NCBI RefSeq assembly: GCF_009914755.1 | Contig: NC_060945.1 | Length of the DNA stretch: 64,000 nt | Reading direction: 5' to 3' (one strand) | Source: the human T2T-CHM13v2.0 reference genome, Homo sapiens | Shown: piece after piece, positions 42,096 through 56,480 of the stretch | Layout: every line of letters begins with the position of its first letter | How positions within the stretch are numbered: position 1 is the first letter of the stretch | Made by a program: the position numbers and the translations under genes | Notes under the pieces: generated by a model | The model's input: the letters and a program-made list of their open reading frames with translations, nothing else | What the model was told of the DNA's origin: nothing | Database searches by the model: none

Positions 42096-43894
42096 TTACC
42101 ATATTGTTTTCTTTTAGCAGGTTCTCATGAGTATCTCTTCTAGTCAATATGGTTTTCATATTATTATTTCTGATTCTAAAGATAATCATAAATCTGATTT
42201 TTAATTTTAATATTTTTATTTTATTTCATTTTATTTACTTCATTAAAAAAGCAAGCGATTACTTTCTAAAATGTTTTGATTTCTAAGAAAAATGCTTTTT
42301 GTACATAAGCTTTCACGTATCTCCTCCTTTTATGCTGTGAAATATTTTTCCCCTATGTCAATTCTTAAACATATTTGAATCACATTTTTTTTACCTCAAG
42401 GTAAAATGCCTGTATTCTGAGAAATTTAGCTTCTCTCAAGTTGCCTTTAGGGTACTCCATTCAAATTTGGGTTGGGACTTGGTAAATGAGTACTTACCTG
42501 ACAAGTTTATCATTCTACTTGTTTGTAATGAATAATTTTAATTAAAAATTAATGTCACAAGCAAACTGCTTCCCTATTTCACACATTTCACTTCATATAT
42601 ACCTAAAATAGGAGAAGGAAACAATATCTATCTCCTGGTTTCTTGTAAGTGAATTGTAAATAAAATTAAATATAATTTAATGCATTTTCTATTGCAAGTT
42701 AAACGTCTAGTTTATTTTCTTTCTCTACTTCCATTCCTAGAATATAGAAAATGATAAAAAGACACATCTATATTATCTTTTACAAATATTTGTACCCATT
42801 TTAATATTGAAATAGTATAAATGAATCATAAAATTTTATGCATATCATTCAAATTACTATGCTTTAGAATGCTTTTGGTGATATGACACATTGCTTTCGG
42901 ACTGATAATTTCTCTCAGAACAATTTATTTCCATTAGAGAATAAACTCCTTGCATGTATATATTACCATATAAATGGAATTCTTCATACCCTTTATTGAA
43001 TAAGTCATCTTACTACTATATAATTTATATAGAAATGTGTCTTATGATATTGTTTTGAAGAGTTTGGTTTAATGTTTTACTATACATATATTTATTTCAA
43101 TTTCCTTACTTAGATCAAGTTCATGGGGGGGACAAAACAGTATCAATAATTTCCTTTACAAAAATGCTTTTCTAGATCAAAATATTTATAAATAACTTAC
43201 ATAAGGTAGTTCATAATTCTTAGGTAAATATGAATAATAAAAACTGTATGCAAATCCTTCAGTTTTACTGTTCTATAAAATCACAATGGAAATAGATTTG
43301 ATTAGTGAATTGGAAAAATGTTAACCAAGTAAAAATGCTGGCCTTTCCTAACGTATCTTCTTCCACATAGAAAGGATTTTATGAAAAACAGAGCAACATA
43401 GCACATCAAAATTAGCAATTCAATAGTAAAATAATTTAACTGATTAATTAAAATACATAATGTACACGTTTTGATATTAAATTGGATACAAATGTAAATG
43501 ATGTACAAGGCTTCATAGTTGATTTTCTTAGCAGTGCAATTATACATTTTGTAATATTTACCTTACACCTAAGCCTCTAGTTCACATTTTAAAATTATTG
43601 TATCAGTAATATTTTCCCTCAGGGTCCACTATCAAAGAGAGAGCTAAAAAGAAATTTGATCTTTTTTCATAAAAAATGTGAATTGTGAATAAACTTTTAA
43701 ATATAGTACAATAGGTTTAATGGTAGGCATATATAATATTAATTTCTGGGTAAAAAGGGAAACTTGAAAATATTTTATAAGCTAAGCACATAATTAGTAG
43801 TAGTTATGTTTCTTTATCATGTAATTAATTGTGAGAGAAAAAAATAATTTCCAAATGATTTATGTTCATTACAGCATTCCCTCCTTTCCATAGA

Positions 43895-44326
43895 AAGTTG
43901 ACCCTTGAACAACTTGGAGCTGAGGGGCACTGATTCCCCACACAGTCAAAAATCTGCATATAAGTTTTGACTCCACCAAAACTTAACTACTAATAGCCTA
44001 CTCTTGACTAGAAGCCTGACCAATAACATTAAGTAGTCAACTAACACGTATTTGTTATGTTATACACTGCATTCTTAAAGTAAGCTGGAGAAAAGAAAGT
44101 GTTACTGAGGAAATCATAAGAAAGAGAGCATCTGTTTACTATTCATTAAATGATAGTGGATCATCATAAAGATCTTCATCCTTGTCATCTTCACACTGAG
44201 TAGACTGAAGAGGAGGAAAAAGAAGAGAGATTGGTCTTACTGTCTCAAGGGCGGCAGAGGTGGGAAGAGAATTTGTGTATAAGTGGACCCACACAGTTCA
44301 AACCTGTGTTTTGCAAGGGTCAACTG
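43895..44326 (+). mobile_element. Tigger2a (MER28) MITE
   Basis: TIRs agttgacccttg / caagggtcaactg followed by TA; internal aacttaactactaatagcctact. Confidence 0.9.
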
Positions 44327-44839
44327 TATACTAAGAAAAGTTACTTTAAATATTTTGATGTGGTTTCAGGAGATGAATTATGCTAATTTAAAGTTAAGAT
44401 TTTAGTCTTGAAAATAGAAAATAATTCTTGGAAATAATTAAAATAATGCATAGGTAGAAAAATACTATATTCTTTTACTCGTTTATTTTGCAAGTGTTTT
44501 CAACATGCTCATTACATTCCTGCAAGGTCAGTGTGGCACTTTACATATAGTATCCCTTTAATATCATTTTTTCAGCTTTTATTAGGAAACCTGAGGGCAA
44601 GCATACTTTTATGTGAATAGAATTTTGAAGCAGTGAGGTGTTATAATTATCTTCAAATGTTTCATCTTTACTCTCTCCCAATTTACATAAAATGCTATTA
44701 CCAGAATCACATTTTTAGTAGAGTTCTCCCAGTATTTTTATTCAAAAGAGTATGGTCTTTTCAACATTTTGGAATACTTAGAAGAAAATATAAAACTTTA
44801 GCTTCCAATCTGTTATTATCTTGCTGAATATTTCTGATA

Positions 44840-46110
<1,271 letters not shown>

Positions 46111-46215
46111 CTCCCTTCTTTGTAAAACTGCAGTTCTGATAATGGCTAGGAAAACATGTCCTACAGTGCTAGGAAGGCCTATAATGATGCTTTGACTTCA
46201 TCTGTGTCAAGGAGG

Positions 46216-46403
46216 TAAGGTTGCTAGATTTAGGGGAACAAAAAATAGGATTCTGAATTAAATTTGAAATTCAGACTAGCTATGGCTTTTAATATAAGTA
46301 TGTCTCACATGATATGTTGGACATACTTATACTACAAATTTATTTGTTTTTTACATGAAATTCACTTTTAACTATGCATCCTTTATTTTATCTGGAAATC
46401 CTA
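46216..46403. mobile_element. MER53 palindromic hAT MITE
   Basis: Termini taaggttgctagat / atctggaaatccta; internal arms tataagtatgtc / gacatacttata. Confidence 0.88.
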
Positions 46404-46504
46404 CAAGCATGACAAAAGGCATTGCAGAGGGTGGAGAAACCAACACAAACACGATAGGCAATAGGAGTTGAAAATCTGGCCCACTGTTAAGAAATTTGGT
46501 GAGA

Positions 46505-46895
<391 letters not shown>

Positions 46896-47211
46896 TTATG
46901 GTGCAAACCATTATTGCTATTGATTAGTGAACTTATATGCAAGCCAAAGACAAACATTGCAGTGATGTTTCAAATCAGCCTATTCCTTCTCTCCAGAATC
47001 CAAAGTTTATATACCAAGGCTTGAAAGGACAGGCATGCTAGCTCTGATTTCTAGCACATTCATGAATATCTCTGTTATTTAGCTAAAAATGAAAGTAGGA
47101 ACTTAGGTTGGATCTAGTTATTGACTTTGTTTATTTATTACCATAATTTGCGGTAGATCATTCTGGGTGATGGCAGCAGCCCATCTGCTTGGACAACGTT
47201 TTCTTTCTTCC

Positions 47212-48200
47212 CCTTTTACAACTTTATTGAGGTATAATTGACATACGATAAAATGTACATATTTTAAGTAGTCTGACAAATCCTTATGCACATGGAAACA
47301 TCACCATCACCACATCAAGATAATGAACACATCCATAATTTTGATATTCTTTCTCTAATTCCTTATACCCAGGCAACAACCGATTTGCTTTTTGTCGCTA
47401 TGTTTTAAATATGTAGAATATATATTATTCTAAATATATTATATATATAGGACTAATAAGTATCTACTGTATAATGTTTTGTATTATGCAGTATTATTCA
47501 ACAAAATTATTTTGAGATTTATCCATTTTATTGTTTGTATAAATAATTCATTTATTTTTATTGCTGGAAGGGTACATAATTATAAGTGGTGTGTGCTTCA
47601 ATTTGTTTATCCACTCACATGTTGATGGACATTTGGATTGTTTACAGGTTTAAGATATTACAAATAAAGCTGATACAAACTTCGTGTACAATCCTTATAC
47701 ATGTATGGACCTACGCTTTCGTTTCTCTTGGGAAAATACTTAATACTATAATCATTTAATTATACTATACATATGTGTTTGAGAAACTTTCAAATTGTTT
47801 TCTGAAAGGCTTGTAACATTTTCATTGCCACTAACATTGCATAAATATTCCAGTTACTCTACATTCTTTTCAATACTTGAAATTCTTAGTCTTTTTAATG
47901 TTAGACTTTCAAGTATGTGTGGTTTTACTTTGTATTTTCATAATGGCAAATGATGACTATCTCTTCTCGTGCTTATTTATGATCTGCAAATCTTTGGTGA
48001 AGGGTTGTTTAAATCTGTTGCACAATTTTTAGTGATTTGATTCTTATTATTGAATTTGTTAAACTCTTTACGGATTGTGGATATGTTTTTCTTCAGAGAT
48101 GTGCTTTTACAATATTTTCTACCAATTTATAGTTTGTTTTTAATTCTCTTGACAGTGTTTTGCAAAAAGCAGACTATCTTAATTTGGGGTGACATTCTTA
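47212..48200 (-). mobile_element. Old LINE-1 3' end (L1MD/ME-like)
   Basis: caactttattgaggtataattgacata...gttgatggacatttggattg...ttccagttactctacattc. Confidence 0.8.
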
Positions 48201-48662
48201 TTTTCTTCAGTGGAAACTCCTAATTAAATTAAATAACATATAAACTTTTTGACCTGACACTATTGCTTTATTTTAAAAGGTAATGTAGAGCTACACAGCT
48301 ATTTTGGAAACACCAATATATGTATTTAAAATCACTGAGGTTTCACAGGTTGAAATATACACAAATATAGAAATTAGGCACAGGACTATCAGATGTCAGA
48401 ATTATTATACAAATAATATGCTGCAGTACTCATGCTTCTATCTTTAACCCAAATGGCTAATATTTCTCTCTAAATTATTAGTACTTATTCACATATCCAA
48501 CCAGTAACAGTGGAGAAGTGCAGGCCCCCAATAAAGAGACAGAAAACAATTTGATTATACTTTATCTATAGAAAGCCAGGTCTAAAAGTTTGTGGATAAA
48601 GGAGTTGACAGCCACTTCCTTCATCAATCAGGTAAGTCATCCCTTCTTCCATTTTCAGTAGT

Positions 48663-49184
48663 TGTGATGGTTAATACTGAGTGTCAACTTGATTGGATCA
48701 AAGGTGCAAAGTATTGATCCTGGGTGTGTCTGTGAGGGTGTTGCCAAAGGAGATTAACATTTGAGTTAGTGGTCTGGGGAAAGCAGATTCATCCTTAATC
48801 TGGTGGACAGAACCTAATCAGCTGCCAGCGAATGTAAAGCAGGCAGAAAAACATGAAAAGGCGAGTCTAGCCCAGCCTCCCAGCCTGCATCTTTCTCCCG
48901 TACTGGAAACTTCCTGAATCGAACACTGGACTCCAAGTTCTTCAGTTTTGAGACTCAGACTGGCTCTCCTTCCTCCTCAAGCTTGCAGACAGCCTATTGC
49001 GGGATCTTGTGATCATGTAAGTTAATAATTAATTACCATATATAATATATATAATATTTTATATATATAAATTTTATATGTATAAATTTTTATATAATAT
49101 ATAAATATATATATTATATGCTGCAGTACTAATAGGATATATATCCTATTAGTTCTGTTCCTCTAGGGAACCTAGACTAATACA
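48663..49184 (+). mobile_element. HERV-L 5' LTR (MLT2A1-like)
   Basis: tgtgatggttaatactgagtgtcaacttgattgg...ctaatcagctgccagc...gactaataca, followed directly by the PBS. Confidence 0.93.
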
Positions 49185-49189
49185 GATTT

Positions 49190-49204
49190 TGGTACCAGGA
49201 GTGG
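49190..49204 (+). promoter_or_regulatory. Retroviral primer-binding site (tRNA-Leu type)
   Basis: tggtaccaggagtgg, 5 nt after the LTR end; complementary to a tRNA-Leu 3' end. Confidence 0.8.
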
Positions 49205-49401
49205 TTCTAGAGGAACAGAATATTAAGGATGGAGTTCTTTCATTGGTTTTGGGGTGTCTGGAGTTTGCTGCTTAATATGATTAGACTCAAAATGCTAAGG
49301 ACTCTACCTCTAATAGTATGAAGAACACTGATAGTCCTTGGTGTGAATTGTTTAGAGAGGTATGCAAAATAAATGCATTTGACACTCCTGATTGACTGCT
49401 C

Positions 49402-51000
49402 ATGATAGGCAAGGAGTTTAGTGACTCTCTACACAATAATTTTGACCAAGTATGGAAAAACAAGGAACATAATGAAGCTGGTTGGTTACTCTTAAGTTCA
49501 GGAGACAAAGTGATGAAAGAAAATGATCAACTCAGGGATTCTGTCTCCGGGCTTCAGAAGCAGATACTGAGCCTCAAATCTCCTAAGATTGCCCTGAGTG
49601 AGAGTCTTATCTTCTGTAGAGAAATAGCTGAAATTGTGGAAAAAGAGACACAAGCGCTTACCACGCGAGTGGCTGACCTGCAACAAAAGGTGCACACACA
49701 GCCTCGCCAAGTGTCTACTGTTAAAGTGAGGACATTGATTGAAAAAGAACGGAACCCTGCAACTTGGAATGGGAACACGTGGGAGGACCCTGATGAAACT
49801 AGGGACACTGAGTTTGTAAACTCTGATGAACCTTTTTTGCCAGAAGGAACAGCTTCCCCATCCCCAGTAGTGGCAACATCCCCTCCCCAACCCATGGTAC
49901 CATCACCCTTTCCACCTTTGTCTGAGGAGGTAAACCCTACACTGCCTGAGGCAACAGTGATGGGCTTTCCTGAGGCAGTTGCCAGGCAAAATAACGTTGA
50001 TTCTCCTCAGGAGTCAGCCCCAATGCCCCTGTTTGCTTCTAGACCTATAACTAGACTAAAGTCCCTATGGGCCCCTAGAGGTGAAGTTGAGAGTGTGACC
50101 CACGGGAGGTGTGGTACACTCAAGAAGAACTGTTTGTGTTCTCTAATTTATATAAACAGAAATCTGAAGAACAGGCATGGGAACGGATATTAGGAGTATG
50201 GGATAATGGTGTAACAAACATAGAGTTGAATCAGACTGAATTTATTGATTTGGGCCCACTAAGTAGGGACTCTGCATTTAATGTTGCAGCTCGGGGAATT
50301 AAAAAGGGTTCTAATAGTTTGCTTGCTTGTTTAGCCAAAATATGTATTAAAAGGGCCCACTGTGAGCAAGCTGGAAATGCCTGATCTCCCTTGGTTTAAT
50401 GTAGAGGAAGGGAATCCAAAGGCTTAGGGAGATTGGCATGGTAGAGTGGATTAGTCACTTTAGACCTACACATCCCAGCTGGGAGGGTCCAGGAGACATA
50501 CCCTTGACCAATGCCTTGCAAAATAGATTTATGAGGGCAGCACCTGCATCTTTGAAGAGCCCTGTAATTGCTTTTCTCTGTATGTCAGATCTAACATTAG
50601 GAACCATAGTCACTCAACTACAAAATTTAAATACAATGGGAATAATTGGATCCCGAGGTGGCAGGGACCAAGTGGAGCCACTCAACCGTCAAAGGCAAGG
50701 TGGGTGTAGCTACATAATGGACAGCAGAGGCAAAGCAGCAATCAGAATAGTCTCACTCATGTAGAGCTCTGGCATTGGCTAATTAATCACAGTGTTCCTT
50801 GCAATGAAATTGGAAGGAAGCCTACTGCATCGCTACTTAATTCATACAAGCAGAAAACTTCTAGGTCAAATCGAGAAAAGGCTAATTTGAATGATAAAAA
50901 CAGAGAATCGTGGCCCCTCAATCAATTTCCAGATTTGAGCCAGTTTATACACCCACAACCCCTTGAATGTAGGGGAGGCTGGGTCCCCTTGAGGAAGGAC
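49402..51000 (+). pseudogene. gag: HERV-L gag remnant (263-codon open segment plus frameshifted pieces)
   Basis: QPRQVSTVKVRTLIEKERNPATWNG; QAWERILGVWDNG; TGA at 49393-49395 upstream; frameshifts at ~50103, ~50355 and ~50410. Confidence 0.88.
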
Positions 51001-51085
51001 TTTACTACATTACTGATAATTTTTATCAGGGAATCTTTCTCTCATCCTTCCCCAAGGAGACTTTTGGGCTTTTACCAGGGTAACT

Positions 51086-51470
51086 GTGCACTGGAGAAAG
51101 GGAAATGATCAGACATTTCCAGGACTATTGGACACTGGCTGTAAGCTGACATTGATTCCAAGGGATCCAAAACATCACTGTGGCCCTCCAACTAAACTAG
51201 GAGCTTATGGAGGTCAAGTAATTAATGGAGTTTTAGCTCAGGGCCACTTACAGTGGGTCCAGTGGGTCCCCAGACTCATCCTGTGGTCATTTCCCCAGTG
51301 CTAGAATGGATAATTGGCATAGGCATACTTAGCAGCTGGCAGGGCCCCCACATTGGCTCCTTGACTGATAGGGTGAGGGCTATTATGGTGGGAAAAACCA
51401 AATGGAAGCCATTAGATCTGCTTCTACCTAGAAAAATAGAAAATCAAAAACAATATTGTATCCCTGGAGG
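51086..51470 (+). pseudogene. HERV-L aspartic protease and pol start remnant
   Basis: GLLDTGCKLTLIP active-site motif; GAYGGQVINGV; HPVVISPV; frameshift at ~51245. Confidence 0.88.
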
Positions 51471-51958
51471 TGAAAAATACTTTTCCCGCCCGAATGTTGC
51501 CTTTTCCAAAACCACCCTGGCCTGCCCGCCACCCACATCCTGTACCCATAAAAGCTCAAGGCCCCACCAGCAGAGTGGCAGAGCAGCAGAGAAAGAGTGA
51601 AGAGAAGAAGCAGCTGGGTGTTGGAGAGAAGCAGCTTGACTTCAGAGGAATGGCTTGATGGCGGGACTCCGGAAAAGAGTTTGGTGGTCCCCAGTGAGAG
51701 CCACTTCCCGCTGACAGCCACTTCCGCTGTTCAATGAAATCCTCATTCACCACCATGCAATTTGTTCACGTGACCTGATTCTTCCTGGACACCGGAAAAG
51801 AACTACTCCTGCCGGGGCTCAGAAGCACTTGTCTTGGCCGCTGCACCCACTCACCTGACTGTTCACACTGGAATGAGGGGTTGAGACCGGCAGGCTGAGT
51901 AAATGAGCCAACCCCGTTATAAGTCTCATGAAGGGGTCAGGGGAATGATCCCATTTCA
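51471..51958 (+). mobile_element. ERV1 LTR 3' portion (MER50-like)
   Basis: atgttgccttttccaaaaccaccctggcc...gagagaagcagcttgacttcagagg...gacctgattcttcctggac...ggggtcaggggaatgatcccatttca. Confidence 0.82.
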
Positions 51959-54729
51959 ATATCACTGGCAGATACCAAATTGCAAGTTGTTGGAGATTGT
52001 ACAAACTAACATAGTATTTTGTAAGTAGAAGGAAATATGCATTTTTTTTTGAAATTTATGATAGAAATCTAGATGAATTGCATTAATAGCCAATGAAATT
52101 CATGGTGACCATTAGAGATATGCTTGAGCTTAGGAAAGCAGATAATTTTCAAGTTAGGTGTACCTTCCCTACTGTAAGGCCCTTGGATGGGGCTGAAAAA
52201 TAAGGTACTTAAAATTGTTTTCCTGTTCCTGTGGTCCTTCAAATTGGAAGTTGAAATCTTCCCAATTTCTGAGTCTGGGAATGAGACGACATATGTCTTT
52301 GAGGGGAAAAAAAAAAGGACCCATTAATATTTGGGTACTTTTTCAGCTATAGCCCAAAATAATTAAATATTACGTATTTGGAGTGAACAGTTTTGGCTTC
52401 AAAAACCAAAAACTATTAAAATCTAGTATATGAGAAAAGTTTTGTTTTTTTGTTTTTTACTTTTTGCTGTCAGATGCCAAATCAAACTTGTTATCTAGAA
52501 GAGAGGGAAAAATCTAGAATAGCAACAATATGTTCAAATGGAAAAAAAAAAAAAAAAAAAAACTCTACCGAAATTTAGCAGGCAGAAAATAGAAGCAAGA
52601 ATGGAGGAATCAGATAGATACAGCCACACTGCTCCTAAAGGAGAAAATCTGATCAAGAAATTTATCCCCTTGGGCTTGTATTTTTCAAAAGGAGAAATTT
52701 CATGGGTCTGATATTCATGAATGCACTCATTACTGTTACTTACGTTTGTTGAAGAAAGATTCACATTTTAATAAGGTAACCAAAAAAGTAAACGTAAGCT
52801 ATGTACCAAATGCATTATATACCTTAACTTCCTTTAAGAAAGTCATAAGGTTGATCTGATTAATCTATATATTTAAGATAGATAAACTGAGGTACAAAGA
52901 AATTAAATAGACTGTCTAATGTAAAATTAATAAGCAAAAGCAATGAGATTCTAATTCATTCATCAACAAAACAAGAGCCTGAGTACTTATCCACAATGCT
53001 TATTATTGACTTTCATCATTATCATTATCATTATCAATCATCATCAGTTGTATTTACTGTCTTTACTCCTTACACAGTTTTATTTCATCCTTGTGTTTAT
53101 AAAGAGGAGAAGATGCATGGAATAGCCCGTTTGCTCTCCCTATGCTGACAGTATGCTTTCAACACTCCTTAGGCTTGAATGTTTGCCACAGACAATAAAG
53201 CAGGTGATAGATGAACTCTTGGCTTTCCTGGGATGTAAAATAAACTGTACTGAGTCTGAAAATATCAACATACAATATGAATGATGCGTCCTTGCAGGCT
53301 AGTTTGCATTTCTATCAGCCTCAAATTGGTTCTTATTGTTGAGCCATAAATATGTTACAATATTGTTTAACTGTCAACGAAGTGTATTTTCTTGCTAACT
53401 GAGCTAAATGTAAATATTCAATATTATTGCCCAATTATATTTTGTTCATGACATTGTAAAATCTAACAATATATTTTTGTAATAAAAATTATATTTGCAA
53501 AGGCATGGTGAATTTATATATATATATATGTGTGTGTGTGTCTATACACATATATATAATATATAAATGTTTCAATATATGTCAACATAATCTAAATCAT
53601 ATTCCTAGCACTATTTGGTGCTTACTCAGTATTTGTTGACTGAATTCATACATATTCCATGCATGCCTTCATTTTAAGTCTAACTTTATTTTTTAACAAT
53701 ACTGACCTCTTAATGGAAAAAAAGAACTCTCAAAATAAGTTGCATGCAAAGAATAAAGATATACATATTTATCTTGGAAAATGCAGCACGAGGCTAACAG
53801 AGCACAGAGAGAAGTAAGACATATTATCTTAATTTATTCTGCTCTTAATTTTCTGTACTTTTTTCTATTTCAAATGAAAAAAACAAACAAACAGAGGAAA
53901 TCTTGACAAAAGTATGAAATGTTCATGGAAAAGAAACACACAAATTTTCAAGTTACTCCAGTAAAACATGGGAATGGATGAAATGTTAGGTGGGCATTAG
54001 CTATAATAGACATGTTTTGTTTCTAGAAGCAAAACAAAACAATTGAGTAATGGATACATATGTGTCTCATTATTTTTGGTACATTTATGTATTTTCAGAT
54101 ATATTTTCATTTTGAAATAAAACATTAGAAAATAAAAATTTATGATGTATGAGAAAAATACTGGTATATTATATATAATGCATTTAAATCTAAAGCCAGA
54201 CAAATGTATTATATAGGTAATTTTCAAATGAGCAGTAAAAATAATTCTTTAAAAAAAAGATTATTTTTTTAGATGTCTGGTACTAAAAATTCAGTAGGGC
54301 TCTTTAATCCTTATATGAGCATTGTCAGCATTTGCATAAAATCATGTCAAAGCATTTGAAAAAATGTCATCAGGATATGAATATGTATACCAGAAAATAA
54401 AAAAATTCAAATGAGACATGACTTTTGAAGTGAAAAATATAGTAAATTATTTAATCAACCTACTCAGGGTAACAGGATGATCACTGAAGAAAAATTTACC
54501 TGTGAGAAAGCCACAATCAGTGATTATAAGAAGAGATGAAGAATCATATACTTAGCAGTCATGACATTAAAATTTCTATGAGGTATACCATGTCGCATTA
54601 CCTAAGTTTAAAATGTCCATATGTCTGTACCATTCACAAAGAATCTTTGTATGTGCTGAACCTGTCTGCTGACTGGGACACTATGTCAGTGATACCAGGT
54701 TTACCCAGAGATGAGAGGTGTTAATAGTA

Positions 54730-56480
54730 TAAACTCAGAAATGAAGAATATAAAGTCAATCAGAGGGAAAATATGGGGAAGTTGCTACATAAAGCAGGAA
54801 CAGGAAATACAAAGGGCTTAAGAGAGATGAATCACTTTTACACAAAACAGCAAGGAAGCTGTTGCACTTCAATCGTAATAAACAGTGGAGAGGGGAAGAG
54901 AAGTATAAGAGATGGCTGAGTTAGCAAGGGGCCAAATTATGTCAGCCATGATATTTAGTTGTATAGGTATTTTTAAATTTGGAATGGAGAGGCTATTCAA
55001 AGGTTTTAAGCCAAAGAAGTGACATAATCTGAAGTATATTTTCAAAGTTTATTTTAGCTGCTAAAGTGAAAAAATGGAGACCAACAGAAAACTATAGCAA
55101 GTAGACCAGATGAAAATGATGGTGTCTTGGAACAGGATTGAGCGAACAAGGATGGAAAAAAAAAGCAAACAGATTGAAGATATATTTAGGAGCTACAATA
55201 TGAGAAAAGCAGTCGTGTCCTTGATGGGTGTGGTAAGAAACTCTCTTTATTTATCAGTCATGCAGGTTTTTTTAAATAAAACACTTAACCATTTGTTTAT
55301 TCATTCATTCATTTTACATGTATTAATCACTCACCAGGTGTTGGACACCTTTCTACATCAGTAGTAAAACAGATAAAGATCCCTCTGTCATTCTAGCACG
55401 AAGAGATGAGTAGCAAACACAAAAGCTAGGTAACATATTTACTAAGTAAATTACACAGTATGGTAGAGAGTAATAAATGGGGTGAAAACTAGGTGAGGGA
55501 CATGGTGAGCATAAAATAGGCAAGCCAAAGAATGAAAGAGAATGATCAGAGTGGGCTTTATTGTGCAGATGACATTTGAGAAGAGGATTAGATGAGGTGA
55601 AGAAGTTAGCTACATACGTATCAGAGGGAAACTCAAATTAGGCAGAAGTGCTAGGAAGGACAAAGGCCCTAAACTGACAAAGGACTAGAATTTTAACAAC
55701 AATCAATCCAAGCAGAGTCAGTGTGCCGGAAGCAGAGGAAATGTGGAGAAAAATAATAGAATTTGAGGTCAGAGTGCACAAAGAGAGGGGATTATATCTT
55801 GCAGGTCACTTTAGGCCATTGGAAATACTGGGAGAAGTGGAAGCCATTATAAGATTTTGAGTAGATAGTGAAATTTTCAAACATTTCAAAGAATGCCTCT
55901 GGCTGCTGTGTCAAGATTAGATTCTAGTAAGGCAGTGAGAAACTAAAAACCTGACCCAAAGATTATTTAAATAATCAAGGAGAGAAGGGTTGGTGGTTTC
56001 CTCTAAGGAAGTAACAGTGGATATGATAATAAGTAATCAGATTAAGAATGTATTTTCAAGAGAGGAGAGTATTTCCTGTTGGATTGGATGAGAGTAAGAA
56101 AGAAAGTAGTATTAAGAGGGTACTATTTATTATTTGTTTATTTTGGCTGCCCTTATTTTAAATGAGAAAGTTCTGGAGGGATTGAGGGTTTCTTTTAGGA
56201 ATAATAAAAGAAAAATGGTTCAACTTTAAATACGCTAAATATCTGAATGGAGCGGTCAGTAAGTACTTTATACAAATTTGCAGTTTAGAAAGGTTTGAAT
56301 GGAAGATATAATTGATGGGGTCATTGGCATACAGCTAAGAATGAAAGCTGTAAGACTTGAGAAAACTAAGAAAGTGTGTAGACAGTGCCCATATGTGATT
56401 CTTGATTATGAATTTAAAGTGAGACCACTTAACATAGAGAATAGATGGAAAGTTGGATTTGGATCGGGCTGTGATAAAAT
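54730..56480 (-). mobile_element. L2 LINE fragments
   Basis: ttattcattcattca 3' terminus (~55298); gatgacatttgag; gaagccattataagattttgag; ctctggctgctgtg; gtcattggcatacag. Confidence 0.72.

Larger units (their letters stand above)
49185..51470 (+). mobile_element. HERV-L internal region, 3'-truncated at the start of pol
   Basis: gag, protease and first pol residues (KQYCIPGG), then an abrupt junction. Confidence 0.93.

Noticed and set aside
41719-42117. 132-aa ORF and similar ORFs at 8203, 25298, 35720, 38198, 45210, 46596
   Set aside because: Translations of antisense Alu sequence ([22 protein letters not shown]), not genes.
40188-44326. Shared ~50-bp sequence at 40188-40237 and 44277-44326 suggesting a composite transposon
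   Set aside because: MER8 and Tigger2a share termini by descent; both are self-contained and in the same orientation.
49498-49895. 130-aa and 113-aa antisense ORFs within gag
   Set aside because: Shadow frames of the gag region with no motifs or independent support.
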